From Haplodiscus bocki (lineage: Eukaryota): 64,000 nt of DNA. A program made the position numbers and the translations under genes. Every line of letters starts with the position of its first letter. Within the stretch, counting starts at the first letter, position 1. Location of the stretch: assembly GCA_965655095.1 (NCBI GenBank), contig OZ296652.1:2728001-2792000 (forward strand), given 5' to 3'. Shown piece by piece: positions 41,201 to 53,200 of this stretch. Under the pieces are notes generated by a model that worked only from the letters and a program-made list of their open reading frames with translations, was not told the DNA's origin and did no database searches.

Positions 41201-44200
41201 TGAAAAAACAGTCAAGTAACTGTTTTTGTACCTGAAAAGAAAAGCTTAGCAAACATCACTGGCACCACCAGTGGCAAAAAGACAAAAAACTAGCACCAAT
41301 AGTTATAAAAGAACAAATGCTGGCACCACCAGCTATAGAAATAGAATTCTGGCACCACCAGAGAAGGCGACTTTCAGCTGGATTGGTTCTGTACAATCTT
41401 TTTGGTTTCTTGTATATAGTAGCCTGTAGGGGTTCCCATATGAAATTCTGCAGTGTCCATTAGTTCTCGTAGAGCATGAATATCCTGTTGAGTAAGTTGC
41501 GGATCTGGATACTTTTTATAGACAGTCAAAGTGATAAAAAGTTTCCAGAGGCAAGTGTTTCTCTTTTAATATTGAAGATATTTGGATGAGCGGGATTGTC
41601 AATAGGGTAGATACTGGCTGTTATTGAAAATGGGTGCTGAAACGACCATCCAGGTTCTAATATCATAAAATCATGACTTGCTCTCCACGGTACAGTTATA
41701 GTCGACGGGCAATTGAGCTCTATTTCCTAAATTTTTTTCCCTCGTAAATATCTTCGTCTGGATCAAACATCAACGTTGTCAAACATATCTGTTGATTTCG
41801 GCTAAGTGTAAATTGGATGGAAAAACATGTGGTAGTGTAAAAACTGTTTCAAGAAATGGGTTTTATAGGCTTCCTTCTACGATGGTAAATGTCTTATTTT
41901 CTTTCGTCTGAGGATTTTGTGGGTAGGGAAATGCATTGTAATTCTTTTTTCTCAAATTGGATTTATTCCACGCTCTGATTGTTGATTTTGAAGTACACTA
42001 AGACAGTTGTTTTCTTTTAGTTGACTTCGTTATCCAAAAATGTTGTCTCCTATGAACGAAGTTGTTGCTCCATGGGCAGTTATTACCCGCTGGTGAGATT
42101 TCTTGTGTTTTCTTTTCTGTTAGGCATGCAACTGGAAGGAGTATGAAGGTTGAAGTAACATCAAAATGCATGTCATTCCAAAACTTGTTTTTGGATTCTG
42201 TGATGTTCTTGATCGAACACGACCATATCTTAAACATAATCGAACACGACCATATCTTCGTTTTCGCTCACGCCAATTCTTTGTAAAGGTTAATTCTAGA
42301 ATATGGATTGACGCTGGATCAAGGGGAGTTAGCAAGTTAGCACAGTAGACGTCTAAAACCAAAGTTTGTTTTTAAAAAGCGGTAGGACAGTTGAGGTACA
42401 TAACAATACGTGGCTAGAACAATAGAAGAATATAACAATAGGTGATTTGAACAATAGAAGGGTAGAACATGAGAACGATAGAACAAAAGAAGGATAGAAC
42501 AATAAAAGGACAGAAACTAGAAGGGTAGAACAATAGAAGAATAGATCGATAGAAGGATAGATCAATGGAAGGATAGAACGATAGAAGGGTAGAACAATAG
42601 GTGGGTAGAACAGAAGTTTGTTTATCAGAGGAGGATAGAAAGGGTTTTGGTGAAACAGTAGACTTGTTGAATAAAGGAATGTTGGAAAAAACATTGGAGA
42701 ACAAAGAACGTATAAAACGACGGCTTATTGTTTTGTCGTCGGTTGTTGTATTGTGTAGCAAATGGTATTTTTTCTTCAAGGTCTTTTTTCCTCTGAGCTA
42801 GTCAGTCTGATCGAAATTTTCTCTGCTGTAAGTTTGTCGCCTCCGTAGTGTTGCCTACGAACTTGCTTCTGCTACTGAGTGGACCCACTTCCGTTGAAGA
42901 AAAAGTTTTGGAAAAGATATTGTGGGCTCGGGAATTAAATAGGATAGAAAAAGAAGAAAAATGTCGGAGAAACTTTTGAACGAGCATGGGGGTGCCTGAA
43001 AATGAAATCTTAGATTTTCTTATGTTTCAGTTCTTTCCTCAAATTTCAATTGATCTTTACGTCTTCGATGGCTGAAGGAACACCAGTGGGAAAAGTTTCG
43101 GGTCATTTCTTGGGTGCCCGGGATATAGCGAGGCTGCTTTTTTGGTGAAAGAACTAAGAATGTCTCTGATTACAAGGAATGATATGGTCCAAATCAGTTT
43201 CTCACAATCATTTGTGACCATTCTGCAGGTCGGTGCCGGGGACAATGTAAGACTTATTGCTCCTTCTTGAGTTTCCTTTACTAATTGATGTTTCTTGATT
43301 TGCAGTAATATTGCTCTGTTTCAGTGGTTATCCGCTTTAGTCTCCTCTTGTGGGGACTTCCTCTGGCATAAGTTGGAAGCGATCCAGGCTGGTTATGAAT
43401 CGCTAGGTTTCATTGGGAAACGGCACATCATCCAGCGCTTGGAGGAGACTTTTGAGTATCGGGAGACTTTCCGGCGGAAACTGGATGACATTTAGAAATT
43501 AAATATGAGTAATATCTATATTTTAATTAGCTTTAATAACTTGTTTAATCCCTTGTTTCCTTTTCTCTCTAGTTTTCTAAGTGAGCTATTAGGATCAATT
43601 TTTTCATACCTTTTTTGACATTCGTCGCAAAACGGGCTCTTTTGCCTATATCAGTACCACTGTTTAACTTTGATGGGGTATTTGGATTACTGGGCTACGA
43701 ATCACACATTGGATCCCGTAGCTCAGGTGATTCTCTAGGCTTAGGTGTCATGGGCAAAGTTTGTGAATTCAATTTGGGTGAGAGAAACAATGTTCATTTT
43801 TCATAAGGGCTTGAGTTTTGACTTCTAGGCGAATGATGTATCGAACTTGCAGGGGATTGTATTCCGGAATCTGCTTTAGGTGAAGATTCATTATCATCCT
43901 TTTGTTGTCTATCTGGGTTGTCTTGGATGGGCGTTATAACAAAAAGCCTTACGTCAAGGAAATGTTTTTTTTCTACCAGAGTTGTACTGTTCATTTTGTG
44001 AGTTGACGAAATGGCTATGGAAATCGGAGTCTCTAAATATGAGACCATAGTTAGTAATAAACGGAGGGAGTTGTACTTCTTTCGCAAAACATTCGATTAG
44101 GGGATTTCTTTGCATAGTTTTGACATCGTCGGGATTGGCATCTTCTAGCATTCCGTATGTTGTAATCGCGATTTGTCGTGTTTCTGTGAACGATCCGACT

Positions 44201-47200
44201 CGTAGTTGTTGCAATTTTCGAGATTTCGAGAGAACCTCTGCGTGGTTTTGTAGGAAGATTTTTTGTCCTATGCTGATAGGCCGTCCGAGTTTGTATCGGC
44301 TTCGGTTTTCGTGTGCTTTTGACGCTATCTGACGACACCTTTGATAGGTTAACGAATAAATTTGTTTGAATTCGTTTTCTCATTTTAGTAACTCGTCGGA
44401 GAGTTGTGGACGAAGTAAAGTGAAATGTTCGGTAGGTTGTTTTCACTATGTGTATGAGATTGGAGTCCATGGCAAAATTCGGATTTGCACTGTTTATTCT
44501 TATCTCGTGATAGTCCGAGTTTAAGTGTCATTGGGTTCTGCGGTTTTGCTCCGAAGACAATGTCGTAAAGTGTCTGACCAGTTGTGTAATCTACACTTGT
44601 GTTATGTGCAAATGCAAATTTGAATGTGAGTTTTGACGAATTGTATCCAGATTCATTAATGAAATTTCGCGAGTTTTTGGCAAGGTGCTTATTTTGCACT
44701 TCAACTTTGTCATTTCTCCATGGTGAGTAGGTAGTACTAGGAGCAAGGGTTATTCCAAACATTTTGGTCCCGTTGCTGAGGTCACTATTCATGAAGGCTG
44801 AATCATTATCATAAACCATTTTTTGAGGTTTACCACACGATGTGATCCATTTTTCTAATGCGTTGAAGGTGGTCTGAGCTCTTGTGTCGCTGACTGGATA
44901 AGCTCCAAGGAATCGGAAAAAGGCGTCCAGTACGACAAGACAATGGGTATGTGAATCACTGCTAGAAGTGGTCTTTTGTGGTCAATATGTATCGTCTTGA
45001 ACGATGCGGTTTCCTATTCTTTCCATTGCTCTAACGGTGCCTCATGTCAGTGATGTCTTTTCCTTTTTTTACTTTGGAATTGAGTGCAATCTTATATTAG
45101 GTATACTATCCATTTGTATCGTCCAGGCCAAAACAAAAATTGTCTGATGTTTTCGAAAGCTATGAATGTTCCTCGATCTCCGCTATGGCAATTAGTATGA
45201 GCTGAAGAATAGAGTGGTGGGAAAAGTGATAAGGGAACACAAATCTTCTATTCGGTTTTGCAGGTATCCTGAATTTTTTCTCTGTAGCTCAGGAGGTTGG
45301 TGTCATGATTGATTAAAAATTGTTCAAACTTGTTGTAGCATGATAACAAGGCTTTTGGTTGGTTAACTTCGGGCTTCTTCTGAAGTCTCGTATCGGAGGT
45401 TCCGATCCATTTGCGAACAACTTGTAGTACAGGATCATTGATTTGTTCTTCCAATGGTGTTTGTATGTCTAAGTCAGCTTCGCGAGCAAAATCACTAAGT
45501 TTCTGAATCATGTCGGTTGTGTCTACATGAGGAATTAACTCGAAAGGTATGGGTTTCTTGAGAATCGGTTTATCCTTTGTTTTCGTACGGAATGATTCAT
45601 GGTCTACAAAGTGGGACGAAAATCAGGGTCCTGATTTTCGATGTTGAGTTCTGCTACTTCAGTTGCGTCTTCTGTGAGTCTTTCGTTGTACTGTTCGATA
45701 TTACTGTAGTCTCGTTCGTAGAGACTAGAGGTGCTTGATGACGGGTTAATATTGGAGCAAAGCTGTTTGTATTGGTTTAAGTTTAAAGCAATCGGTGATG
45801 TCTGGCATGTTAGTTTGGGTTTCTTTCTCTTCGAAGTAGTCTTCAATATGATGCTCATTTCCATCGTTTTTAAGTCTACTAGTCTTTCGTGTATTACCTT
45901 GTTGGCAGCTGATGGGGTAGAAATCGTTATATTATGCATTTTGTTCATCTTCATTTTTGATGGTGTAATGTATTTTGTGACCGTCCTGATCATAGAATGA
46001 TATATCGTGCGGAATCTGTTTAAGTTGAAGTTGGAGTCGATTTGCCTCTGAAAGTGTCGAGGTTGGGCTGAGAAAATTAGGAAATGCGAGATTGGATCCA
46101 GGTGTTCAAATGATTTTGAATTTGTGAAATTTGGTGATCATGACTCAATATTTGAAAAATCGGTGAAATATTTGTCCTTGCCGTGCCGAAACGGAAAGAA
46201 TGGGTTTGTGAACACAATAGAGATATATGGGAAAACCTGAGCAAGAATTATAGTGTTTATACGTTCGTAGTGTAGATAGAATCCCACATAAATCACGTTG
46301 GAGGGTCGACACCTTTTGCTCCGCCTTATCAAGAACTCTAGAATTGATTGAGATTTCTGTTTCTCCTTCGAGAACTTGTTGTACTAGTATGCAAGCGTTC
46401 ACGATGTTAGGGGAGTCAACGTGTATATGGAAGACGTACTCAGTTGAAGGTACTGCCATTATAGTGTCTTCGGAAATTCTGGTGTTGATTTCCTTAGGAT
46501 GTTCTTCAAATTGATCGGTCCATTTTTAAGGAACAGTAACTTATATAGTGTTCGTATGTTTGCAGGGCAGATACTATCCCCCATAATTCACGGTGAAGGG
46601 TTGACATTTTCTGTTTGGCGTTATCAAAAACTCTAGAATTGAATGAAACTATTCTTTTTCCCTCGGGGAACTGTTGGACTAGTATGCAACCGGTTCCGAC
46701 ATTAGATGAGTCGACGTGTATGTGGAAAGGGTACTCGGTTGAAGGCACTGCCAGTATAGTGTCTTCGGAAATTCTAGTTTTGATTTCTTTGAAAAGTTCT
46801 TCATGCTGATCGGTCCATTTGAAAGGGGTAATATCTTTAATCAGTTCGTGGAAGGGTTGACTATCGACGTGGAGGTTCTTGATATAGCAGCTGTAGAAGC
46901 CTTGGCATCCGAGGACTTTCATTACATTTCTTTCGCTCTCAGGAGAATTCAGACTCTGCAGGTCTTTCACTCTTTTTGCAAGGGGTTGAATCCATTTTTC
47001 GGTAACAAGTTGGCCGAGGAGTTTACTTTCCTCAAGAAAGTTTCAGTTTTGTCTGGTGCTGCTTTCAGGCCTCTTTTGTGAGGGAGTTGATGATACTCGT
47101 GAAAAATTGTGAACAATGCTGCTTTTGTTTGGGATTGGAGTAGACTGTCATCAAGTTAAGATATAGCTTTCTTCTTCCTGATGAGTGGTTCGGAGTTATT

Positions 47201-50200
47201 AGCCATCATCCGGCTGAACCACTGAGGTAGACCACAGGGTCCCTAAAATCCAATTTGGTAGGTGTTTTGCTTTCCTCCTCTCACAAAAATTGTCAAATTT
47301 TGTGTTTCAGGAGATAGGGGAACTTGATGATAAGCGCATGAAAGGTCGCTTGCAGTAAAGTTTTTTCCATTATTTCGGGTCCTTACCATTTGGACTGGCT
47401 CTAGGGGGCACGCGTAGTTAGTCAAGTTGGTGATTGAGTTTAGGTAACTAGCATCGATGACCAGTTTAACATAATTTGCTCTTGGGAGTAGTATGATTGG
47501 GTTAACGAAAAGTGATCCCAGCTCATCATCATCTCTCATTTCTCGGACATTATCAGAGTCTTCCAGTTGGCCAAGGAGTTTCTGTAGTTTGTCTTTAAGA
47601 TGAGGAGGGCATTTACTGGGTCGTTGTTTCCTGAGTTCTGAATTGGGTTTTAATATGATATGAAGTTTCTGCTTTGTCTGGCCGATGTCAAAGTTGTGCT
47701 GAGTGTAGGCGTCTCTAGACTCTATGACCATGTCGATGAGGGTAACTAGTTCTTCATCTTCTAAGTCAGTATATCAGAAAACGATTTTTTAATGAGATTC
47801 TTGATATTTTGCTGTGGATATTGGAGATAGTGAAATATCAGATCTGCATTTAGTTGTTCTGATCTCAAAGTAGGAAATTGTTCGGTGCAAGGTGGTTGAC
47901 AGGATTTTGAATTCCTTTCAAAAACGGTCTCTGGTTCATCTTTTCATTCAATCTATTCGTTTGTTTATTTTTCTACTTCATGTTCTGCATAGTGTTTGTC
48001 GTTTGGTGGAGGGTATATTTTTAAACAGTTTGTTTCTTTTGTGATTATCTGAATCTAGATTCCAGAGTATGTGAAAGTATCTTGTATGAGTTTAAGAACA
48101 GCAGTCCGTCGAAGTTTCTTTAGACCGCAGCAATTTTTGGGTATTATAATTTTGGTGACATTGTTTAGTAAAGCATGTTTTCTCATATTTTCAAGTGAGC
48201 TTCGGAGATTATCTAATGTTGATTTTTCATGAAATTTTGATTTAGCTACAAGATTGTAGATAAAGTTGTTGGATTGCGGGTCCCAGTAGGGGAGAGCTGA
48301 ACCTACGATTGTTTTGGCTTTTCGACAGTCTTCTTGAAGTCCGTTCACGACCAATTGTTTCTGCAAATCTTTTGCTCATCTTCGCTTCGGCGGTTAATAC
48401 AATGGGCGATAGCGGAGTGAGCTTGAAAGATTGTTTGGTCGTTCCCATTCGAAATCTGTATTTTGTCTTGCATGTCAGCTTCGCATGGGTCAATGAAATG
48501 GTTCAGAAAGCATTCGTTATACTGGTATCTCCGTAGGAATTGAATTAACCATTTTGACACAGTCTTTTATCTGGTAATTGGGTCTGTCATAGTCCGAGAT
48601 ATAGTGATGAATAACCAATAACGCCTTTGTTCAGAGTGATCTGGTGGTTTCTGTTGTTTTCCATCAAGATGGGTAAGTAAGTTTCAGACTGATTAAATAG
48701 TAAGTTAACAAAATCTAGTCCTGATTTGACTGACTGTCGATGAGGAACGAAGGTAGTTACTGCTGAGAAGTTTTGCGATTTATCTTCTGACGAAAAATTC
48801 TAAACTCTCGAAGTTTCGGTGTCGATATGAATTTGACGAGGTATTCTAATAGTGTGGATCTTTTAGACAAAAGGATAGGGTTTTGTTGAACACAAATTTC
48901 AGTAACAAATAGCGTTCGCCGTGTTTTTGAATTCTATTGATGGTATTTCGAAATGTAATTTTGAAACGTATTGTCCGCAAAATTCAACCCCGAGAAGATT
49001 CGGGGTCTGTTTTTCTGAAAACCATATTCGTGGTCGAAACTGATGTTCTCCATCTGAATCAAAACTGACGGATAGAGTAGTCTGCCCAGTCATCGGTACA
49101 ATTTCGCCGGTGTAGGTTTTTGTCCTATGTTTACTTCTAGCAACAGTGATCGGTTGTCTAAACTGAGCAATTTCAAGGAAGGTTCTGTAGTTTAAGATGG
49201 AGCAAGCTGCCCCGGTGTCGAGCATGAACTTCATGTCGAGTCCACTATCTTTTTCGCTATCTCCGGTGGAAAAGTAGAGGGCGTTCATATGGAAGCGTGA
49301 ATTGAAGTTACTTTCTTCATCTGATCTCGGAGACTTCAGAAGTTTAGAGGAAAGAAACCTGATAAAGTGTTCACTACATCTTGACCCTGATATTCAATAA
49401 ATTGATCTGAGTTGGTTGTAGGTAGATTTTTGCTCTATGGGAAGTTTCTGTTTTACTGAGCATCGGAAGCTTCAGGATAAGCGTTGAAGTCATAATGAGT
49501 TTGTTGACAGTTATTTGGTCCATTAGTCCAAGAGCTGCTTGGTCTGTCTTGACGATACTGTCTATCTGGGTTCCGGTTTCTATCTGGATTGAGGCCATTT
49601 TAATTAGGGTGTTTCTGATTTTCTGATTCCCGTATCTGGGTTGCTGATTGAAAGTTCTGAGACTCAAAACTCGGTCCCCTTCTCATATTACAATCATGAG
49701 CGAAAACTGTGCAACAATCCTGTTTGTTCCGTGTCTGCTCTCTTTCGATCTCATCATCATGAGCTATTGTTCTGCAGTACATGAGAGTGTGTACATTTCT
49801 TCGGCAAAATGAGCCAATCTTGTCATATTCTGTCTTGACTTGTTATTACTTTTGTAGGTCAGGAAATAGACTGATTGACTTGGTGTACTTGTTGTTCTTT
49901 GAATAATGCAGTGCGGTCTTTAGTCTGTTGCTCCAGAGAGTGGAGTTTGGTATTCTGATCGGCAGTGGCATTAGGTACTAGTTCTGAGCTGATTGTATAG
50001 ATCACATCTTAGGAAGTGATATGAGTTTGGAAGACATCCCACGTTGCATTTGGGTGCTTTGTCAAATATTTATGAGTTTTTCTGTTTAGTCCAAATGGTT
50101 TGAGTCCTCTGATTGTGATTTTGGTGTATTTGGCATTTCTTTGGTTTTGTTGATTATCTGTTTCGGCCTGGGTTCCGTTTGGGTCTAAAAGTCATTCTTT

Positions 50201-53200
50201 GTCAACGGCACTTTTGACTCTGTGATAAAAGTTTTTGATTAGTTCCTCATTGCTTCGCGCACAATTTTCTGCTGTGAGTTGGTGTCTGTGTTTATCTCGG
50301 TCAAATGAAAATCTGTCAATGAAAGCGGTTCTGATTTGATCCCAAGTTGCTGCATCGTTTATTGAGTCGGCATACCATTCTGCTGTTGGTCCTCGAAAAA
50401 GTGAATAAAATAGGGCTTTTTTGTCTTTTTTATGGATAAATAACGTGCTCTTTCAGCAAAATCGGGTGGTCGTGATCAAAGCGAGAAATTGATTTTGTTT
50501 TCAAGTGTGAGTGGAAAAAATTTTGCGTCCTGATCAGAATCTTTACCGGAAAATTTGTCTAAGGCCAAGTCTGGGAATGATACTGTGTTTCCTGCCATTG
50601 TCAGTAGTCTCTTGTTTCGTGGGTGTCTGTCTTTCGGCGGGTTCTTTACTCAGTTTAAAGTTAAATATGAAGTTAAAACATCCACTTACTAATCTAGGTT
50701 TGTCTTATTATGAACCTTCAAGTCTCAACCAGTTTGTGGAGTATGTTAGTACCACCTCGTGAAGTGCTGTCTAGAGACTGAGGTAGTTCTGGTTTGTTGT
50801 AGATGCCTCACTAGTTGGTTCTTGGCCCAGTTTGTGAAGTAGTGTCACTGGTTTGTCACATCTGCTTTGAGCGTGCCTCACTGTTTTGTTGATCGCATCA
50901 GTTGGCTTAATTGTCTCGCTGACCAGTCTGTATTTTGTGTAGAAGCATCGCTGACGAGTTTGTAGATTGCTAAATTTGTTTCTCGCTGACCAGTTTGTAG
51001 ACTGCTAGTTTTGAGCTTCTCTGGTCGCGCCAGTTTGTGAAGTGCTTGTGCTGGGGGGTTGAATATAATAGTGGAAAGTTTCAAAAGCCACTCTATCCCA
51101 AGCTAGAAAACTTACTTAAAACATAAGACAAGTCTCCTACTCCAGTTTTGTGACTGCTGCCTTCCTACATTTCAACAAATTGGCCTCAGGCCTGAGTTCG
51201 AAAGTAAGGTCTTTTTCTATCTGGTGAATCAAGTGAAGAAATCTGATATTGATAAAAAGCTAAATTAGGATTAGTAATAATATCAACTTTTGGCCTACAG
51301 TTATTAATAAAATCAGAAAATCAAAATATCAGAAAAACTGAAAGTATAGAAATTTCTAAACAGACACAATCAGTTAAGGTATAAATAAAAACGGTAAAAT
51401 ATAAAAACGGAAAAGGGTTGTAGGTTTTACAAAAACAAGGACATCTAAGTAAGTCATAAGTTAATCTTAAGGCTCAAAAATCATATTGTCAACTAAGGAC
51501 AGCAAGTTGTGAACTAAGGACATTAAATTGGCAACTACAGACAGTTTTTTAAAAACGGCAAATTGCCAAATATGTTTTAGGCCCGCAATATTGCAAAGGC
51601 TGTGTGCATTAAGCAAAGAATGTAGTAGAAAAGGTAGAACTATTCAGATCCGCAAATTGCCAAGACGAGTTCTATCTCTTTATCAATTATCAGACCCGCA
51701 AGACTGCTAAGCTTCTCGAGTCCGCTTTTGGCTAGGACTTTTCTCAAATTGAGAAATAGTTTCAGTTCCCTCAATCAAGAGGAACGGCAAAATGCCAAAA
51801 TACAAGTTTTAGGTTAAAAAAAGTTAGAGAAAAGTGTTAGTTGAACTTAGCTACTTTACTGTTTCTCTGAATTAAGGAATAAACTTAGTTACTGAAACTT
51901 TTAGTTTACATCAGAAGAAAAGTTAAAGTTAAATTATAAAAAAATTATTCAAGAGAAAATTTAGAGTTGAAAACAAAAATGATAAAAATGTTCGACTTAC
52001 AATTACTGCTCAACAGTACTGCACCGGGTTCGATCCGTCTTTGCTAAAAAATGGCTGGAGTGAACTCACGTATCTTCTGACTTCTGATTTGAGCTGGATG
52101 AGATCGCGCCAAAACGGGGAATTTCGTCCGCTATATATACTAAATTTTATTCACTCGGGAGCCAATCAAAATGCGAATAGCACTGGATTGGCTCTGAGTA
52201 TGACGTCGTGTCACGTGACCAGTCACGTGACTTTGGAGTGTCAATATTCATTTTGTTGAAACATACATGACGTCAAATGACGTCAGATGAGGTTATTATC
52301 TCGGGAGTTGTTTCTATTGTTGTCCATATAAGGTAAATGAGGGAGTAACGGCGGCTGTAGTTTTCAAGTGGTTGTAAACAAATGTGGGACGTGATCGAAC
52401 TTGTGCATCGGCAGTCAAATTGGTGAATATAAATTATAGTTTAAAGTTTTCCTTTTTCAAAGTTTTTTTCTTTTTTTCTCTTTGCTGTATGTCAAACCCG
52501 ACAGCAGTGGTACAAATCGTATCATCAAGATCGTCAATTTGATCAACTCCGTTGAAATTGGATCGGTTCGAAGTTAGTGTGCTGTCTGTCGAAGAGAACA
52601 AGTAACTGTGATACTAGGAACTTTTTCTGAAGCGCTGACTGAAAACAAGTTTTACACCCCAATGCAGACCTCAATCGTTGAAGATTTAGTGCAATGAAAG
52701 GGCTACGAATTATTTTTGAACTTCGACTTTTACGGAATCTTTAAATCTGAATTTTAGGAAAAATTGATATCATCGGAAACTTGAAAGTGAAATTGCTCAA
52801 CATTTTTTCAAACCAAACATCTTTTCTTGATTTTCTTTGATAAACAGTATTATCAAACACTTGCTCATGTTCGCGAAAATCGCTGATAACGTTTAAAAAT
52901 CAATGATTAACAATAATCGTTCTCAATTCTTTGAACTTTGTTGTTTTCTTCAATCGGAAACCTCTTACACTTGATTTTCTGATTAAATATTTGATCAGTC
53001 TTCATAGTTTCCTTATTTATACCTTCATCTTCAACCCGAAAATTTTTCAAAAGGTTAGCATTGAATTAACTAATTGTCTCTTTGCTCGCATTTTTCTTTC
53101 AAAAAATAACCTTTGCATTCAAATCATAAACCTTTTTATCATGGAAACAGAAGATGAAAAATAATTGTTATAGATACGACGCTGACTTGTTTTCACGCAA

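Larger units (their letters stand above)
35668..52503 (-). mobile_element. Ty3/Gypsy (Metaviridae-like) LTR retroelement with env and accessory genes, 16.8 kb, decayed
   Basis: Two ~1.5-kb direct LTRs with TGT...ACA-type ends. GCAG is duplicated at 35664-35667 and 52504-52507. A PBS lies next to the 5' LTR. Domain order is gag-PR-RT-RH-IN followed by extra ORFs, with many stops and frameshifts. Confidence 0.95.

Noticed and set aside
40841-42801. ORFs 40841-41155, 42353-42694 and 42414-42779 as proteins
   Set aside because: They are open only because they run through short tandem repeats, and their translations are low-complexity.
48560-48890. dUTPase between protease and macrodomain
   Set aside because: The region has the beta-rich linker look common after Gypsy proteases, but none of the five dUTPase motifs is recognisable.
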